DNA of 64,000 bases from a virus (taxonomy: Duplodnaviria > Caudoviricetes). Position numbers and translations under genes: made by a program. The DNA is taken from IMG/VR virus record IMGVR_UViG_3300025769_000099, positions 1,532 to 65,531 of that record; one strand, 5' to 3'. Under the pieces are notes generated by a model. It ran no database searches, was not told where the DNA came from, and worked only from the letters and a program-made list of their open reading frames with translations. This document shows positions 1 through 9,697 of this stretch, in pieces. Position 1 is the first letter of the stretch, and each line of letters opens with the position of its first letter.

Positions 1-2
1 TA

Positions 3-3000
3 GGCAAAGATGGTAAACCAGATCCTATGGAAGTTGTAATAAACTTTATGGAAAGAATAGATGAAGTTGATTTAAATAACAATGGTCAAGCTGGTAATTT
101 ATTTTCTTATTGGTTTGGTCAAGAAACTAACAAAGTATTAGGCAAAGATATAAATTGGAAAAATACAAATGACGTAGTTACTTTTATAAAAGAAATGGCT
201 ACTAAAATTAAAAGTGGTGAGTTTACAAGACAAGATTTAGAAAAGTTTAGAAAAAGTGAAATAATTGAAAAATACAGTGTAGATAAAAAAGATATTGATA
301 AAGCAGCTAATTCAGAGTCGCAAGCTTTTGATCTTGTAGAGCAATTGTGGGATAAAGACACGTGGAATAATTTAACTGAAGAGCAAAAAATAGGTGTTGC
401 TCAAACAGCTGGTTTATATTTAGAAAACTATTTAAAGAAAAGAATAGGTAATATAGTTTCTACAGAAGAAGGACAAGATGAAAAAAGAGAAATAGAACTT
501 TTAGCTTTAGTAAATAAATTTACAGGGCTTGATACTAGAAAAGAAGATATAAAAGATTCTTTTGCTTATAAAAGAGGTTTGATAAATTTAATAGCTGGTA
601 AACCAGGTAAGAAAAGTGGGTTTGATCCATCAAAAAATGATTCAATGATGGCTTGGGTTAACACAGAGTTGGGTAACAGATTATTAGAGGTTGCTCAAGG
701 TTCTGGTAAGTTTGGTAGATTTGAAAAAGATATAGATGCTAAAAGTTCAGATGGAGCACCTGCTTTTCAAGTTGCTTCTACAGATTTAAGTCCAGATGCG
801 ATGCAGTTAACTTCAGAGGAGTTTAACAAAACTAGGCAAATACTAGAAATATCTGAGACTAATCCTATATACGACAAAACACTAAAAGTAAACACAGATG
901 CTTTTCTTAACCTAAAAGATACTAAAGGTAAAACTAAAGGTAAAACAGTTCAAGAGCTTCTTACTATCAATCCTAGAAGAGCTAGAACCGTTATGCAAGA
1001 GTTTGCTGCTAAAAATCTTAGAGCAGATGTTACAAGTATTATTGGTGCTCAAAAATCACAAAAGTTTAAAGACTTTATAAGAGATGAACAAAAGTTACAA
1101 ACTTTAATAAATTTAGTAGCTGTAAAACACAGATCAAGTTTTCCTTTCTTTAGCAACGCAGAAGGCACAATGAATGTTGAACAAGCTAAAGCTAACATAA
1201 GAAGTGATCAAGGTTCTTTTGTATCAGATGTAAAAGCTGGTAATACAATATGGACACCAATACAATTAGCAGACATGTCTAAGTCTGAAAAGGTAAACTT
1301 TATAAACGAGGTTGAAAAAGCTTTTGTAGATGGTTTAGTTACTAAAAAGTTTGCAAAAGATGGTACTGTAGAATACAACGGTAGAGAAACCGTACATAAA
1401 TCATTAAAAGATGCTTTAGCAAATGAACTAATGTTAGATGCTACTTTTACAGCAATGAAACTTTCACCTGACTTTAATACTAGGTTTGAAGGTAATTTAA
1501 GTATTATAGCAGAGAATATAAAAAGAGATCCAAATGTTGCTTTTTCTGAATCTTATACTAATGCTGTTTATGACGGCAGTGTTAAAAAACTAGCTGATGC
1601 AGTTATGAAAAAAGGGTACGACTCTGTTTATGATTATAAAGGTAATCTAAAAGATGACTATAAATCTTTTTCAGATGCAGCCGCTGAAATAGTAAAATCA
1701 GCCCACGAACTAGCTATAATACCTGATGGTAAAGTAGCCCAATTTATGACTGAGTTTAAACGAAGTGGAATATTTCCTAAAAGTTTAAAGAAAGCTTTTG
1801 AGCAGGCTTTAACTAGCAAAAGACCTTTAAAAGAAAGAATGAAGTACGCTATTCAAGCTGAAATTTTAGCTAAAGAACTAGGTGGTCAAGTTATAAAAGT
1901 AATGACACCTAATAATGATATAGTGTTACTAGGGTTTTTTAATAGAGCATTAGACCCAGCTTCTAAAAAAATAGCAAATGTCAAAGAAAGAAAAGATATT
2001 CAAGCTCAAAACAAAATAAGAAAACAAGAAGGAAAAGAGTTACTACCTTTACCTAAAATAATATATGAAGGTACTGGTGATTTTTATAAATTTCAAAACG
2101 GTTTAAAACAGGATTTAAAATCTATAACATCTGATATACCTTTAGATAAAAATGGTAAACCAATTATAGATCTTAGTAAAGTTAGATTAATGAACACTAA
2201 GATACCTAAAGGTTTATTTGCTAGAATAAATACATTGTTAAATAATCCTGAACTTAACGCTGAGCAAAAAAGAGAGATATATGAAAGAGATTTTTTACAA
2301 GAAGTAAAAGATGCTAACATAAATAACAAACTTTTATTTAAATATATAGTTAGAAAGCTTGTAGATAGTAAAATGAGTGATTTATCTAAATTACAATTAT
2401 TACAATTTCAAACATCTGCTGCTGAAGGTTTAAGAGCTTTAACAGGTTTAAAATATATAACATTTACAGACACACCTATAGGTACGTTAAAAGGTGAGCA
2501 TTTAGCTGATAACGCTGGTAGCATGATGGAAATAGCTAAATTATTATTTGAAAGTAAAAAGCTAACAGATCAAGAAATAAACAATAGAATAGATGAAATA
2601 GCTGAGTATCACGATCAATGGTTAGAAAATAGAGCTATACTAGATAAATTAGTTGATGCTTTTGATACTAATAATCCATTTAAAGATCTTAGAATATTAA
2701 CAACAAAACCAATAGGTAGATTAGGTAATATATTTGCTTTTGATTTAAGACCAGCAGAAACTTTAATAAAACAAAGGGAAAATGACATTAGAGTAAAACA
2801 AGAGATTAGTAAATCTAAAAAAGCTACAGGTATATTAGAAATGGCTAATAGTTTATCTGCACCTGCAAAAGGTATAAGTGTATTTGATTTTGACGATACA
2901 TTGGCAAAATCTAATAGTAAAGTAGGTGTTACTATGCCTGATGGCACAACTAGAAAAATTAATGCAACTGAGTTTGCTTTAGAATCTGCTGATTTAGAAG

Positions 3001-5510
3001 CGGCTGGTGCTAAGTTTGATTTTAGTGAGTTTAGCAAGGTTGTTGACGGTGAAAAAGGTCCGTTAGCTGATCTTGCTTTAAAAAGACAAAATAAATTTGG
3101 ATCTGGTGATATATTTGTTTTAACAGCTAGACCACAAGAAGCTGCATATGCTATACACGCGTTTTTAAAAGGCATAGGTCTAAACATACCTATAGATAAT
3201 ATAACTGGCTTAGAAGACGGTAGACCAGAGGCTAAAGCTGATTGGATAATAGATAAAGTAAATCAAGGTTACAATAACTTTTATTTTGCTGATGATGCTA
3301 TTAAAAACATAAAAGCAGTAAAAGATGCTTTAAAAGATGTTGATGTCAAAGGTAGAGTTGAACTAGCGTTTAGCAAGTCAGAATTAGAAATAAAAATAAA
3401 CGAAATAATAGAACACCAGAGTGGCGTAAACAAAGATGCTACATATTCTAAAATAGTAGCTGAAAGAAAAGGTATGAACAAAGATAAGTATACTATGTTT
3501 TTACCTCCATCTGCAGAAGATTTTGAAGGTTTGTTATACTACTTAGCTGGTAAAGGTGAACAAGGTAGTAAAGATTTAGCTTGGCTACAAGACAACTTAT
3601 TTAAACCTTACTTAAAAGCTGTTGACGCTATTAATATAGCTAAAACATCTATAGTAACTAACTTTAGAAACTTAAACAAACAATACAAAGGTATCGGTAA
3701 GAAGTTAACAACATTAATGCCAGATGGCAACTTAACTTATGATCAAGGTATTAGAATATACATATGGAATAAACAAGGTCAAGAAATACCTGGTATATCT
3801 AAAAGAGATTTAAATGGTGTTTTAAAAGAAATAAATAAAGATCCAAGGTTAAAAGAATACGCTGATCAAATACAAATAGTAGGTGGTAATATAGATGGTG
3901 TTTATGCTCCGGCTAAAGATGGTTGGCAAATAGGTAGTATATTAGGTGATCTTGATAATTTATCTAATAAGGTAGGTAGAAAGTCATTTTTAAAAGACTG
4001 GATAGCAACAAAAGATGCTGTTTTTACTCCTGATGTTTTAACTAAAATAGAAGCTATTTATGGTACTAGATACGTTGAAGCTTTAAAGGATATATTGTGG
4101 AGAATGGAAAATGGTACTAACAGACCTAGTGGTGCTAATAGAGCTACAAACAGTTGGTTAAATTGGATAAACAACTCTGTAGGTACTATAATGTTCTTTA
4201 ACAGAAGATCAGCATTGTTACAAGGTATATCGTTTATCAACTTTATAAACTGGAACGATAACAACATGTTAAAAGCAGGTTTAGCATATGCTAACCAACC
4301 TCAGTTCTGGAAAGACTTTGCTATGATATGGAATTCACCTAAACTAAAACAAAGACGTAGAGGTTTAAAAACAGATTTACAATGGCAAGAAATAGCTAAT
4401 GCTGCTAAAAACTCTAAAGACAAGTTTAATGCCGCTGTATCTTGGTTGTTACAAGTAGGTTTTACACCTACACAACTTATGGATAATTTTGCTATTGCAG
4501 CGGGTGGTGCTCCTTTTTATAGAAATAGAGTTAAGACTTATGTTAAAGAAGGTATGACATTAAAAGAAGCTGAAGCAAAAGCATTTGATGATTTTTCTGA
4601 AATAGCTGAAAAGACACAGCAATCAGGTGATCCGGCCTTAGTATCTTCAGAACAAGCTAGTCAACTAGGTCGTTTGGTATTAGCCTTTCAAAACGTTACA
4701 CAACAGATGACTAGGTTAATGAAGAAATCAGGTACAATGCTAGTTAAAAGGCAAAAGTACCCTGGTCAAACTCAGTTTCAAAGTGATATGACAAACGTTA
4801 GTAAAATAATATACTACGGAGCTATACAAAACTTTATATTTACGTTTTTACAAAATGCCATGTTTGGTTTACTACCAGGTTTCGAAGGTGATGAAGTCGA
4901 TGACTATGAAAAGCAAATGATGAAAGAAAGTGAAAAAAGAGCTAGACAAGCTAATAACATGGTAGATACTTTATTAAGAGGATCTGGTTTAAAAGGTGCT
5001 GTATTATCTACCTTAAAAAATGTTATTATGCAATATCAAAAGCAAGAAGAAAAAGGTTTTAGAGCTGATCATGCATATACTTTAATTGAGCTAGCTAATA
5101 TATCACCACCAATAGGTTCTAAAGCTAGAAAACTCTATGGTGCACATCAAACTAAAAAGTTTAATCCAGATCTTTTAAAAGATAGAGGATTTGAAGTTTC
5201 AGCTGATGGTAGATTAAATTTAGCGCCTGCTTATGAAATAATAGGTAACTTAGCATCTGCTACATTAAACTTACCTCTAGATAGAGTTGTAAATGAAATC
5301 GAGTCTCTTGTAGAAGCTACTGATAATAGAAATGCAGCTTGGCAAAGAATAGCTTTAGCATTAGGTTGGAGAACTTGGGATGTAGGTGCTAAAAATGAAG
5401 AAGAAGATTTAATAAAAATAATCACCAAAGAATACAAGAAAGAATTAAAAAAATTAGAAAAGAAAACTAAATCTAAAAAATCTGATGCAGATTTACTAGA
5501 CTTGCTTTAA
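3..5510 (+). CDS. Giant multidomain putative virion-internal/ejected protein, 5'-truncated; contains a HAD-like phosphatase domain and a sigma-region-2-like segment
   Basis: ORF 27..5510 (1827 aa) stays open upstream to the window edge. HAD motifs VFDFDDTL, VLTAR and FADD are present, as is the segment FDPSKNDSMMAWVN. The C-terminus is helical. Confidence 0.7.
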   Translation, partial: GKDGKPDPMEVVINFMERIDEVDLNNNGQAGNLFSYWFGQETNKVLGKDINWKNTNDVVTFIKEMATKIKSGEFTRQDLEKFRKSEIIEKYSVDKKDIDKAANSESQAFDLVEQLWDKDTWNNLTEEQKIGVAQTAGLYLENYLKKRIGNIVSTEEGQDEKREIELLALVNKFTGLDTRKEDIKDSFAYKRGLINLIAGKPGKKSGFDPSKNDSMMAWVNTELGNRLLEVAQGSGKFGRFEKDIDAKSSDGAPAFQVASTDLSPDAMQLTSEEFNKTRQILEISETNPIYDKTLKVNTDAFLNLKDTKGKTKGKTVQELLTINPRRARTVMQEFAAKNLRADVTSIIGAQKSQKFKDFIRDEQKLQTLINLVAVKHRSSFPFFSNAEGTMNVEQAKANIRSDQGSFVSDVKAGNTIWTPIQLADMSKSEKVNFINEVEKAFVDGLVTKKFAKDGTVEYNGRETVHKSLKDALANELMLDATFTAMKLSPDFNTRFEGNLSIIAENIKRDPNVAFSESYTNAVYDGSVKKLADAVMKKGYDSVYDYKGNLKDDYKSFSDAAAEIVKSAHELAIIPDGKVAQFMTEFKRSGIFPKSLKKAFEQALTSKRPLKERMKYAIQAEILAKELGGQVIKVMTPNNDIVLLGFFNRALDPASKKIANVKERKDIQAQNKIRKQEGKELLPLPKIIYEGTGDFYKFQNGLKQDLKSITSDIPLDKNGKPIIDLSKVRLMNTKIPKGLFARINTLLNNPELNAEQKREIYERDFLQEVKDANINNKLLFKYIVRKLVDSKMSDLSKLQLLQFQTSAAEGLRALTGLKYITFTDTPIGTLKGEHLADNAGSMMEIAKLLFESKKLTDQEINNRIDEIAEYHDQWLENRAILDKLVDAFDTNNPFKDLRILTTKPIGRLGNIFAFDLRPAETLIKQRENDIRVKQEISKSKKATGILEMANSLSAPAKGISVFDFDDTLAKSNSKVGVTMPDGTTRKINATEFALESADLEAAGAKFDFSEFSKVVDGEKGPLADLALKRQNKFGSGDIFVLTARPQEAAYAIHAFLKGIGLNIPIDNITGLEDGRPEAKADWIIDKVNQGYNNFYFADDAIKNIKAVKDALKDVDVKGRVELAFSKSELEIKINEIIEHQSGVNKDATYSKIVAERKGMNKDKYTMFLPPSAEDFEGLLYYLAGKGEQGSKDLAWLQDNLFKPYLKAVDAINIAKTSIVTNFRNLNKQYKGIGKKLTTLMPDGNLTYDQGIRIYIWNKQGQEIPGISKRDLNGVLKEINKDPRLKEYADQIQIVGGNIDGVYAPAKDGWQIGSILGDLDNLSNKVGRKSFLKDWIATKDAVFTPDVLTKIEAIYGTRYVEALKDILWRMENGTNRPSGANRATNSWLNWINNSVGTIMFFNRRSALLQGISFINFINWNDNNMLKAGLAYANQPQFWKDFAMIWNSPKLKQRRRGLKTDLQWQEIANAAKNSKDKFNAAVSWLLQVGFTPTQLMDNFAIAAGGAPFYRNRVKTYVKEGMTLKEAEAKAFDDFSEIAEKTQQSGDPALVSSEQASQLGRLVLAFQNVTQQMTRLMKKSGTMLVKRQKYPGQTQFQSDMTNVSKIIYYGAIQNFIFTFLQNAMFGLLPGFEGDEVDDYEKQMMKESEKRARQANNMVDTLLRGSGLKGAVLSTLKNVIMQYQKQEEKGFRADHAYTLIELANISPPIGSKARKLYGAHQTKKFNPDLLKDRGFEVSADGRLNLAPAYEIIGNLASATLNLPLDRVVNEIESLVEATDNRNAAWQRIALALGWRTWDVGAKNEEEDLIKIITKEYKKELKKLEKKTKSKKSDADLLDLL

Positions 5511-5553
5511 ATTAAGCGTTAAACAAGTAATGATATTAAGATAAACCCTCACT

Positions 5554-6774
5554 ATGAAAAAACTCGTTATATTACTATGTGTATTCATAGGCTCTACCGC
5601 CTTTGCACAAGAAAAGAAAAGCAACTTTTTTAAAGAAGTCTATAATGATTTCTTAAAATACGGTACAGTATATGTGGCCGGAGATGTTAACAACCCTCAA
5701 ACAGAAGTAAAAGAATACTTTGTTAGAACAGATCCTCAAGATTTTTATGGTATACCAGATGTTATAGACGAAACAACGTATCACCCTTACGATTATAGAT
5801 TTGGTTTTGGTATACGTAAACTAGCTAGATTTGGTTACGAAAGTAAACCAGGTAACTTTTGGACAGGTGATGCAGACATTGAAAAACAAACAGCTTTATC
5901 AGCACCAACATCAGCTGTTAAAGGTTTAGAGTATTTGTTGCATTGGGAAAAAGAAAGACAAAACGGTGATGAGTTTACTAATAAAAGATTATTCGTAAGA
6001 CATACTGGTAAATATCACATTGCTAAGTTTGAATCAAGAGAATCAGGTAATGTAGGTTTTGAATATACTTCTGGTGAAATAAGAGCTAGATTACCTATTG
6101 GTAAAAAATTAAGTATATCTGCGGGAGCTATATATAGAACACATCAACAACCTTACGGATATAATCCAATTGAAATATGGTTAAACGAAACTGAAATATA
6201 TACAGACCCTAACACAGGTGAAGAGTTTGAGTACCCAGCTAACCCTTGGTATTCGCTAGGTTTTTTATATGGTTATGACGATATATATTATTCGTCTAAC
6301 GACGAAAATGGTAACTCAACTTCTGATTGGTACTGGGTTGACGGTGATGGTAGTATAGTTGCTTATACAGATTTACAGTTTAGAGACGAAGTGTTTGGTG
6401 ATTTAATGAACAGATTTAATAATGAAGCTTGGGACGAATTAGAGCCATTTGCAGAAATTGCTCCTATTGTCGGAATTGATTTTTACCACTACAAGTCTAA
6501 TTTTTGGTTACATGCTTACGCTAACTATATATTGCCTTATCACAAGTATGTTAAAGGTAATGTAGATTTTAGTTACTTACACCGTAATAGTTGGGGTAAA
6601 GGTGGTCACAATAATCAACTTGACGGAGAGCAATGGGACGATTATCAAGCTGGTTTAATGTTTGGATGGAAAGTTAGTAAATCAATAGGTGTATTCATAG
6701 AAGGTGAATATACTAAGTTTTGGGATAGTAAAATATATAACAGTAGCGTTGGACTTAACTTTACATTTAGATAA
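5554..6774 (+). CDS. Putative outer-membrane beta-barrel protein
   Basis: Sec signal peptide MKKLVILLCVFIGSTAFA, aromatic-rich alternating strands, C-terminal beta-signal-like SVGLNFTFR. Confidence 0.6.
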   Translation: MKKLVILLCVFIGSTAFAQEKKSNFFKEVYNDFLKYGTVYVAGDVNNPQTEVKEYFVRTDPQDFYGIPDVIDETTYHPYDYRFGFGIRKLARFGYESKPGNFWTGDADIEKQTALSAPTSAVKGLEYLLHWEKERQNGDEFTNKRLFVRHTGKYHIAKFESRESGNVGFEYTSGEIRARLPIGKKLSISAGAIYRTHQQPYGYNPIEIWLNETEIYTDPNTGEEFEYPANPWYSLGFLYGYDDIYYSSNDENGNSTSDWYWVDGDGSIVAYTDLQFRDEVFGDLMNRFNNEAWDELEPFAEIAPIVGIDFYHYKSNFWLHAYANYILPYHKYVKGNVDFSYLHRNSWGKGGHNNQLDGEQWDDYQAGLMFGWKVSKSIGVFIEGEYTKFWDSKIYNSSVGLNFTFR

Positions 6775-7079
6775 TGAGCGAACTGTCGGAAAAATCAGAA
6801 GTAAAATTAGACATAAAAACACTAGTAGGTATAGTAATAGGTATTGTATCAATAGCAGGCATATGGTTTGATTTGACAGCTAAAATAAGTAACATAGATA
6901 CTTCGCTTGTTAGATTAGAGTACAATCAAACTTTAAACGATGAATTTAGAATAAAATGGCCTAGAGGTGAAATGGGTGCTTTACCAGATGATGCTAAGCA
7001 AGATCTAAGAATTGAATACCTACAGAAAGATGTAGAAAAACTTATGGCAACAATCGAAGAACTAAAAGCAAAAAAATAA
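6774..7079 (+). CDS. Single-TM membrane protein with coiled-coil C-terminus
   Basis: TM segment TLVGIVIGIVSIAGIWF followed by a heptad-rich tail; start overlaps the previous stop. Confidence 0.6.
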   Translation: MSELSEKSEVKLDIKTLVGIVIGIVSIAGIWFDLTAKISNIDTSLVRLEYNQTLNDEFRIKWPRGEMGALPDDAKQDLRIEYLQKDVEKLMATIEELKAKK

Positions 7080-7399
7080 TGGCAAAAGAATTAAACGAAA
7101 ATCACAAAATAGGTTTAGATATTGATGGAGATGGCAAACCAGATTTTGCAGTATCATTAAAAACTATAGGCGCATTAGTATTTGGTATAGTATCACTAGC
7201 TGGTGTTTGGTTTAGTTTAAAATCGGATATAGCTTTAGCTATGGAAATGCCTAAACCTGAAATATCAAAAATAGAGTTTGACATGAAAGATGAATTAATA
7301 CGTCAAACTATTATGGACACTCAAGAGGATGTTGAATCAATATTAGAGAAACTAGATAAACTAGACGAAAGAATATACGAGATACAAAAAAACCGATAA
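7079..7399 (+). CDS. Single-TM coiled-coil protein, paralog of the previous gene, with a DxDxDG motif
   Basis: GIVSLAGVWFSL resembles GIVSIAGIWFDL in the previous protein; DIDGDGKPD is present. Confidence 0.6.
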   Translation: MAKELNENHKIGLDIDGDGKPDFAVSLKTIGALVFGIVSLAGVWFSLKSDIALAMEMPKPEISKIEFDMKDELIRQTIMDTQEDVESILEKLDKLDERIYEIQKNR

Positions 7400-7400
7400 C

Positions 7401-7817
7401 ATGAGAAATTTAATTTTAATTTTAATTTTAATACCATTTATATCATACACTCAATCGGATGTTCCGGAAAAATACTGGTTAACTGATGATAATTTTGAAG
7501 ATGTAGTTTCTGGTAATTCTGCTTTTGGAGATGATGATGATCAAACTATTCTTATAGAGTTTTGGGCAGATTTTAATAAAGAAAATTGCTTTAACGAATG
7601 GGGAAAAGTAAAAGATGCTTTATACTATAGAGTAGATATTTCTAAAGCTCCAAATGCTAAAAAAGAATATAGAATACGTATGGCGCCAACTTTATTAATA
7701 TTTAAAGGTGGTGAGAAAGAAGCAACGTTTAAAGCTGGGTTAGACTTGTTGCTACCAACAAATCTTGATGAAATACAACAAACAATAAACGAAATTAACA
7801 CAGCAAGTAAATTTTAA
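7401..7817 (+). CDS. Secreted thioredoxin-fold protein lacking CxxC
   Basis: Signal peptide, then LTDDNFEDVV, ILIEFWADFNKENC, YRVDI and YRIRMAPTLLIFKGG, matching the Trx pattern. Confidence 0.65.
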   Translation: MRNLILILILIPFISYTQSDVPEKYWLTDDNFEDVVSGNSAFGDDDDQTILIEFWADFNKENCFNEWGKVKDALYYRVDISKAPNAKKEYRIRMAPTLLIFKGGEKEATFKAGLDLLLPTNLDEIQQTINEINTASKF

Positions 7818-7832
7818 TTAAAAAATAAAAAT

Positions 7833-7973
7833 ATGTGGAAATTAACTAAAGAGTACTGGAAAGACATGTGGAAATTACTATGGAGTAAAACTACAGTCGA
7901 TGATATTATTATAGCTAAAGCTGAAGAAATTAAAGCAAAAGCTAAAGCTGTGAAAGAAGCACTGAAGAAATGA
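7833..7973 (+). CDS. Small amphipathic protein (46 aa) upstream of the endolysin
   Basis: Read manually: MWKLTKEYWKDMWKLLWSKTTVDD...; the stop overlaps the endolysin ATG. Confidence 0.55.
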   Translation: MWKLTKEYWKDMWKLLWSKTTVDDIIIAKAEEIKAKAKAVKEALKK

Positions 7974-8437
7974 AAAAAATAAGCAAACACGTATCGTATA
8001 AAGAAGGTACATACAGTTTAACAGCTAATAGGCTTGGTTTGCCAAATGATCCCTCTGATGAGCATTTAGCTAACATGGAGTTAGTTGCAGAAAAAGTGTT
8101 TGAACCTCTTAGAGAGCACGTAGGACATCCTATAAAGATTAATTCGTTTTATCGTGGACCTCAACTCAATAAAGCTATAGGCGGAAGTTTAACATCACAA
8201 CATTGTAAAGGCCAAGCGATTGATATAGATGATTCATATGGTAATGCTACTAATGCTTATATGTATGAATGGATCAAAGAAAACTTAGATTTTGATCAGA
8301 TGATATGGGAGTTTGGTACGGATGAAAACCCAGACTGGGTGCATGTAAGTTTTGTAAACGAAGGTGAGAATAGAAACAGATGTTTAAAAGCTTATAGAAA
8401 AGAAGGTTCAAGAAAAACCTATTATAAATTAAACTAA
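7970..8437 (+). CDS. Peptidase M15A family endolysin
   Basis: INSFYR, SQHCKGQAID (SxHxxGxAxD) and WVHVS zinc-peptidase motifs. Confidence 0.85.
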   Translation: MKKISKHVSYKEGTYSLTANRLGLPNDPSDEHLANMELVAEKVFEPLREHVGHPIKINSFYRGPQLNKAIGGSLTSQHCKGQAIDIDDSYGNATNAYMYEWIKENLDFDQMIWEFGTDENPDWVHVSFVNEGENRNRCLKAYRKEGSRKTYYKLN

Positions 8438-8443
8438 ATAAAT

Positions 8444-8851
8444 ATGAAATTATGGAAAATTGCCCTTTTTGTTCTGGCTGCTACTGTAAGTAGTTGCGGA
8501 ACGTACAACGTTAAACCTAAAATACAAATCACGCATGTCTTAGCTGTCACAGAACAAGGTGATACACTGAGGTTACCTATTAATATGATTAAACCAAACG
8601 TTTATTACAACGTTATATCATATCCTAATAGATATTATGGCGGTTGGTATAATAGCTATTATCAACCAGGATACTATAATAATAGACCTATATACGCTCC
8701 AAGCAGCGGTAGCTCAAGCAGTGGTAACAACAACAACAATAATAATAATAATAATAATAACATTAACAAACCTACACAAGTAAATGCTCCGCGCCCAACA
8801 CCTAGTGTTAATCCGCCAGCTACACCTGTTAATCCTATAAAAAATAGATAA
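8444..8851 (+). CDS. Lipoprotein with Asn/Pro-rich tail (possible spanin-like lysis protein)
   Basis: Hydrophobic leader ending in lipobox VSSC; next to the endolysin. Confidence 0.55.
   Translation: MKLWKIALFVLAATVSSCGTYNVKPKIQITHVLAVTEQGDTLRLPINMIKPNVYYNVISYPNRYYGGWYNSYYQPGYYNNRPIYAPSSGSSSSGNNNNNNNNNNNNINKPTQVNAPRPTPSVNPPATPVNPIKNR
8726..8768 (+). repeat. (AAC)n(AAT)n trinucleotide repeat encoding poly-Asn
   Basis: aacaacaacaacaataataataataataataataac read directly. Confidence 0.9.
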
Positions 8852-8853
8852 TT

Positions 8854-9336
8854 ATGAGTTACATAAGTAAAATAATAGCTTCAGCTAGAGCAAAAAAACC
8901 TTCAGCCCTAAAACACACAACAGACGCAAAGGGAAATCCTAAAGGTAAAAGTCACCTTAGCAAACATAAAGCAGGACACTGGGGACCTGATGGTCACGGG
9001 GATAGATCTGCTAGTGGTATAATAGCTAAAGGGATAAACGCTGGTAAACAAATAGTTGAAGATGGGAAACAACTGGTTGAAGATGTAAAAGAAAAAGTTG
9101 ATGGTGCTCCTACTAAATTTACAAAAGAAGCTTTAGGAAAACTACCTTCAGGAATAGGTGGTAAGTTTGGTGCTATTGTTGATGAAAAGAAAAAAGAAGC
9201 TGGTTTACTTCAAAAAAGAGGTAAAAAGAAAAAAGGTAAAGGTTTAAAAAGCGCTTGCTGGAAAGGTTACGAAGCTATTGGTATGAAGAAAAAAGGCGGT
9301 AGAAAAGTGCCTAATTGCGTACCTAAAAAGAAATAA
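8854..9336 (+). CDS. Lys-rich hypothetical protein
   Basis: ORF with C-terminal CWKGYEAIGMKKKGGRKVPNCVP. Confidence 0.6.
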   Translation: MSYISKIIASARAKKPSALKHTTDAKGNPKGKSHLSKHKAGHWGPDGHGDRSASGIIAKGINAGKQIVEDGKQLVEDVKEKVDGAPTKFTKEALGKLPSGIGGKFGAIVDEKKKEAGLLQKRGKKKKGKGLKSACWKGYEAIGMKKKGGRKVPNCVPKKK

Positions 9337-9337
9337 T

Positions 9338-9697
9338 ATGACTTGGTTACAAAGACATTTACAGACTAGAGATGCTGGTTGCCCTACCTGTGGTGAATCA
9401 AAAGGTAGCTGCGATGAGTGTTCATCACCTTTAAATAAAAAGAAAAAACCTGATGTAAGAAAAACCACAAAAGGTAAAGGTCGTAACTTTCGTACAACAA
9501 AAGAAGGTGCTGGTATGACAGCTAAAGGTGTTAAAGCTTATAGAAAGAAAAACCCAGGTAGTAAATTAAAAACAGCGGTTACAGGTAAAGTTAAACCAGG
9601 AAGTAAAGCCGCTAAACGTAGAAAATCATTTTGTGCAAGATCTAAAGGTTGGACAGGTGAAAGAGGTAAAGCTGCTAGAAGAAGATGGAAATGTTAA
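9338..9697 (+). CDS. Highly basic hypothetical protein with N-terminal CxxC..CxxC
   Basis: ORF is K/R-rich; RRKSFCARS and RRRWKC. Confidence 0.6.
   Translation: MTWLQRHLQTRDAGCPTCGESKGSCDECSSPLNKKKKPDVRKTTKGKGRNFRTTKEGAGMTAKGVKAYRKKNPGSKLKTAVTGKVKPGSKAAKRRKSFCARSKGWTGERGKAARRRWKC

Noticed and set aside
119-5437. Short antisense ORFs within the giant gene (and similar ones within groEL, terL, portal and tail genes)
   Set aside because: They are fully nested opposite well-supported genes and have no motifs
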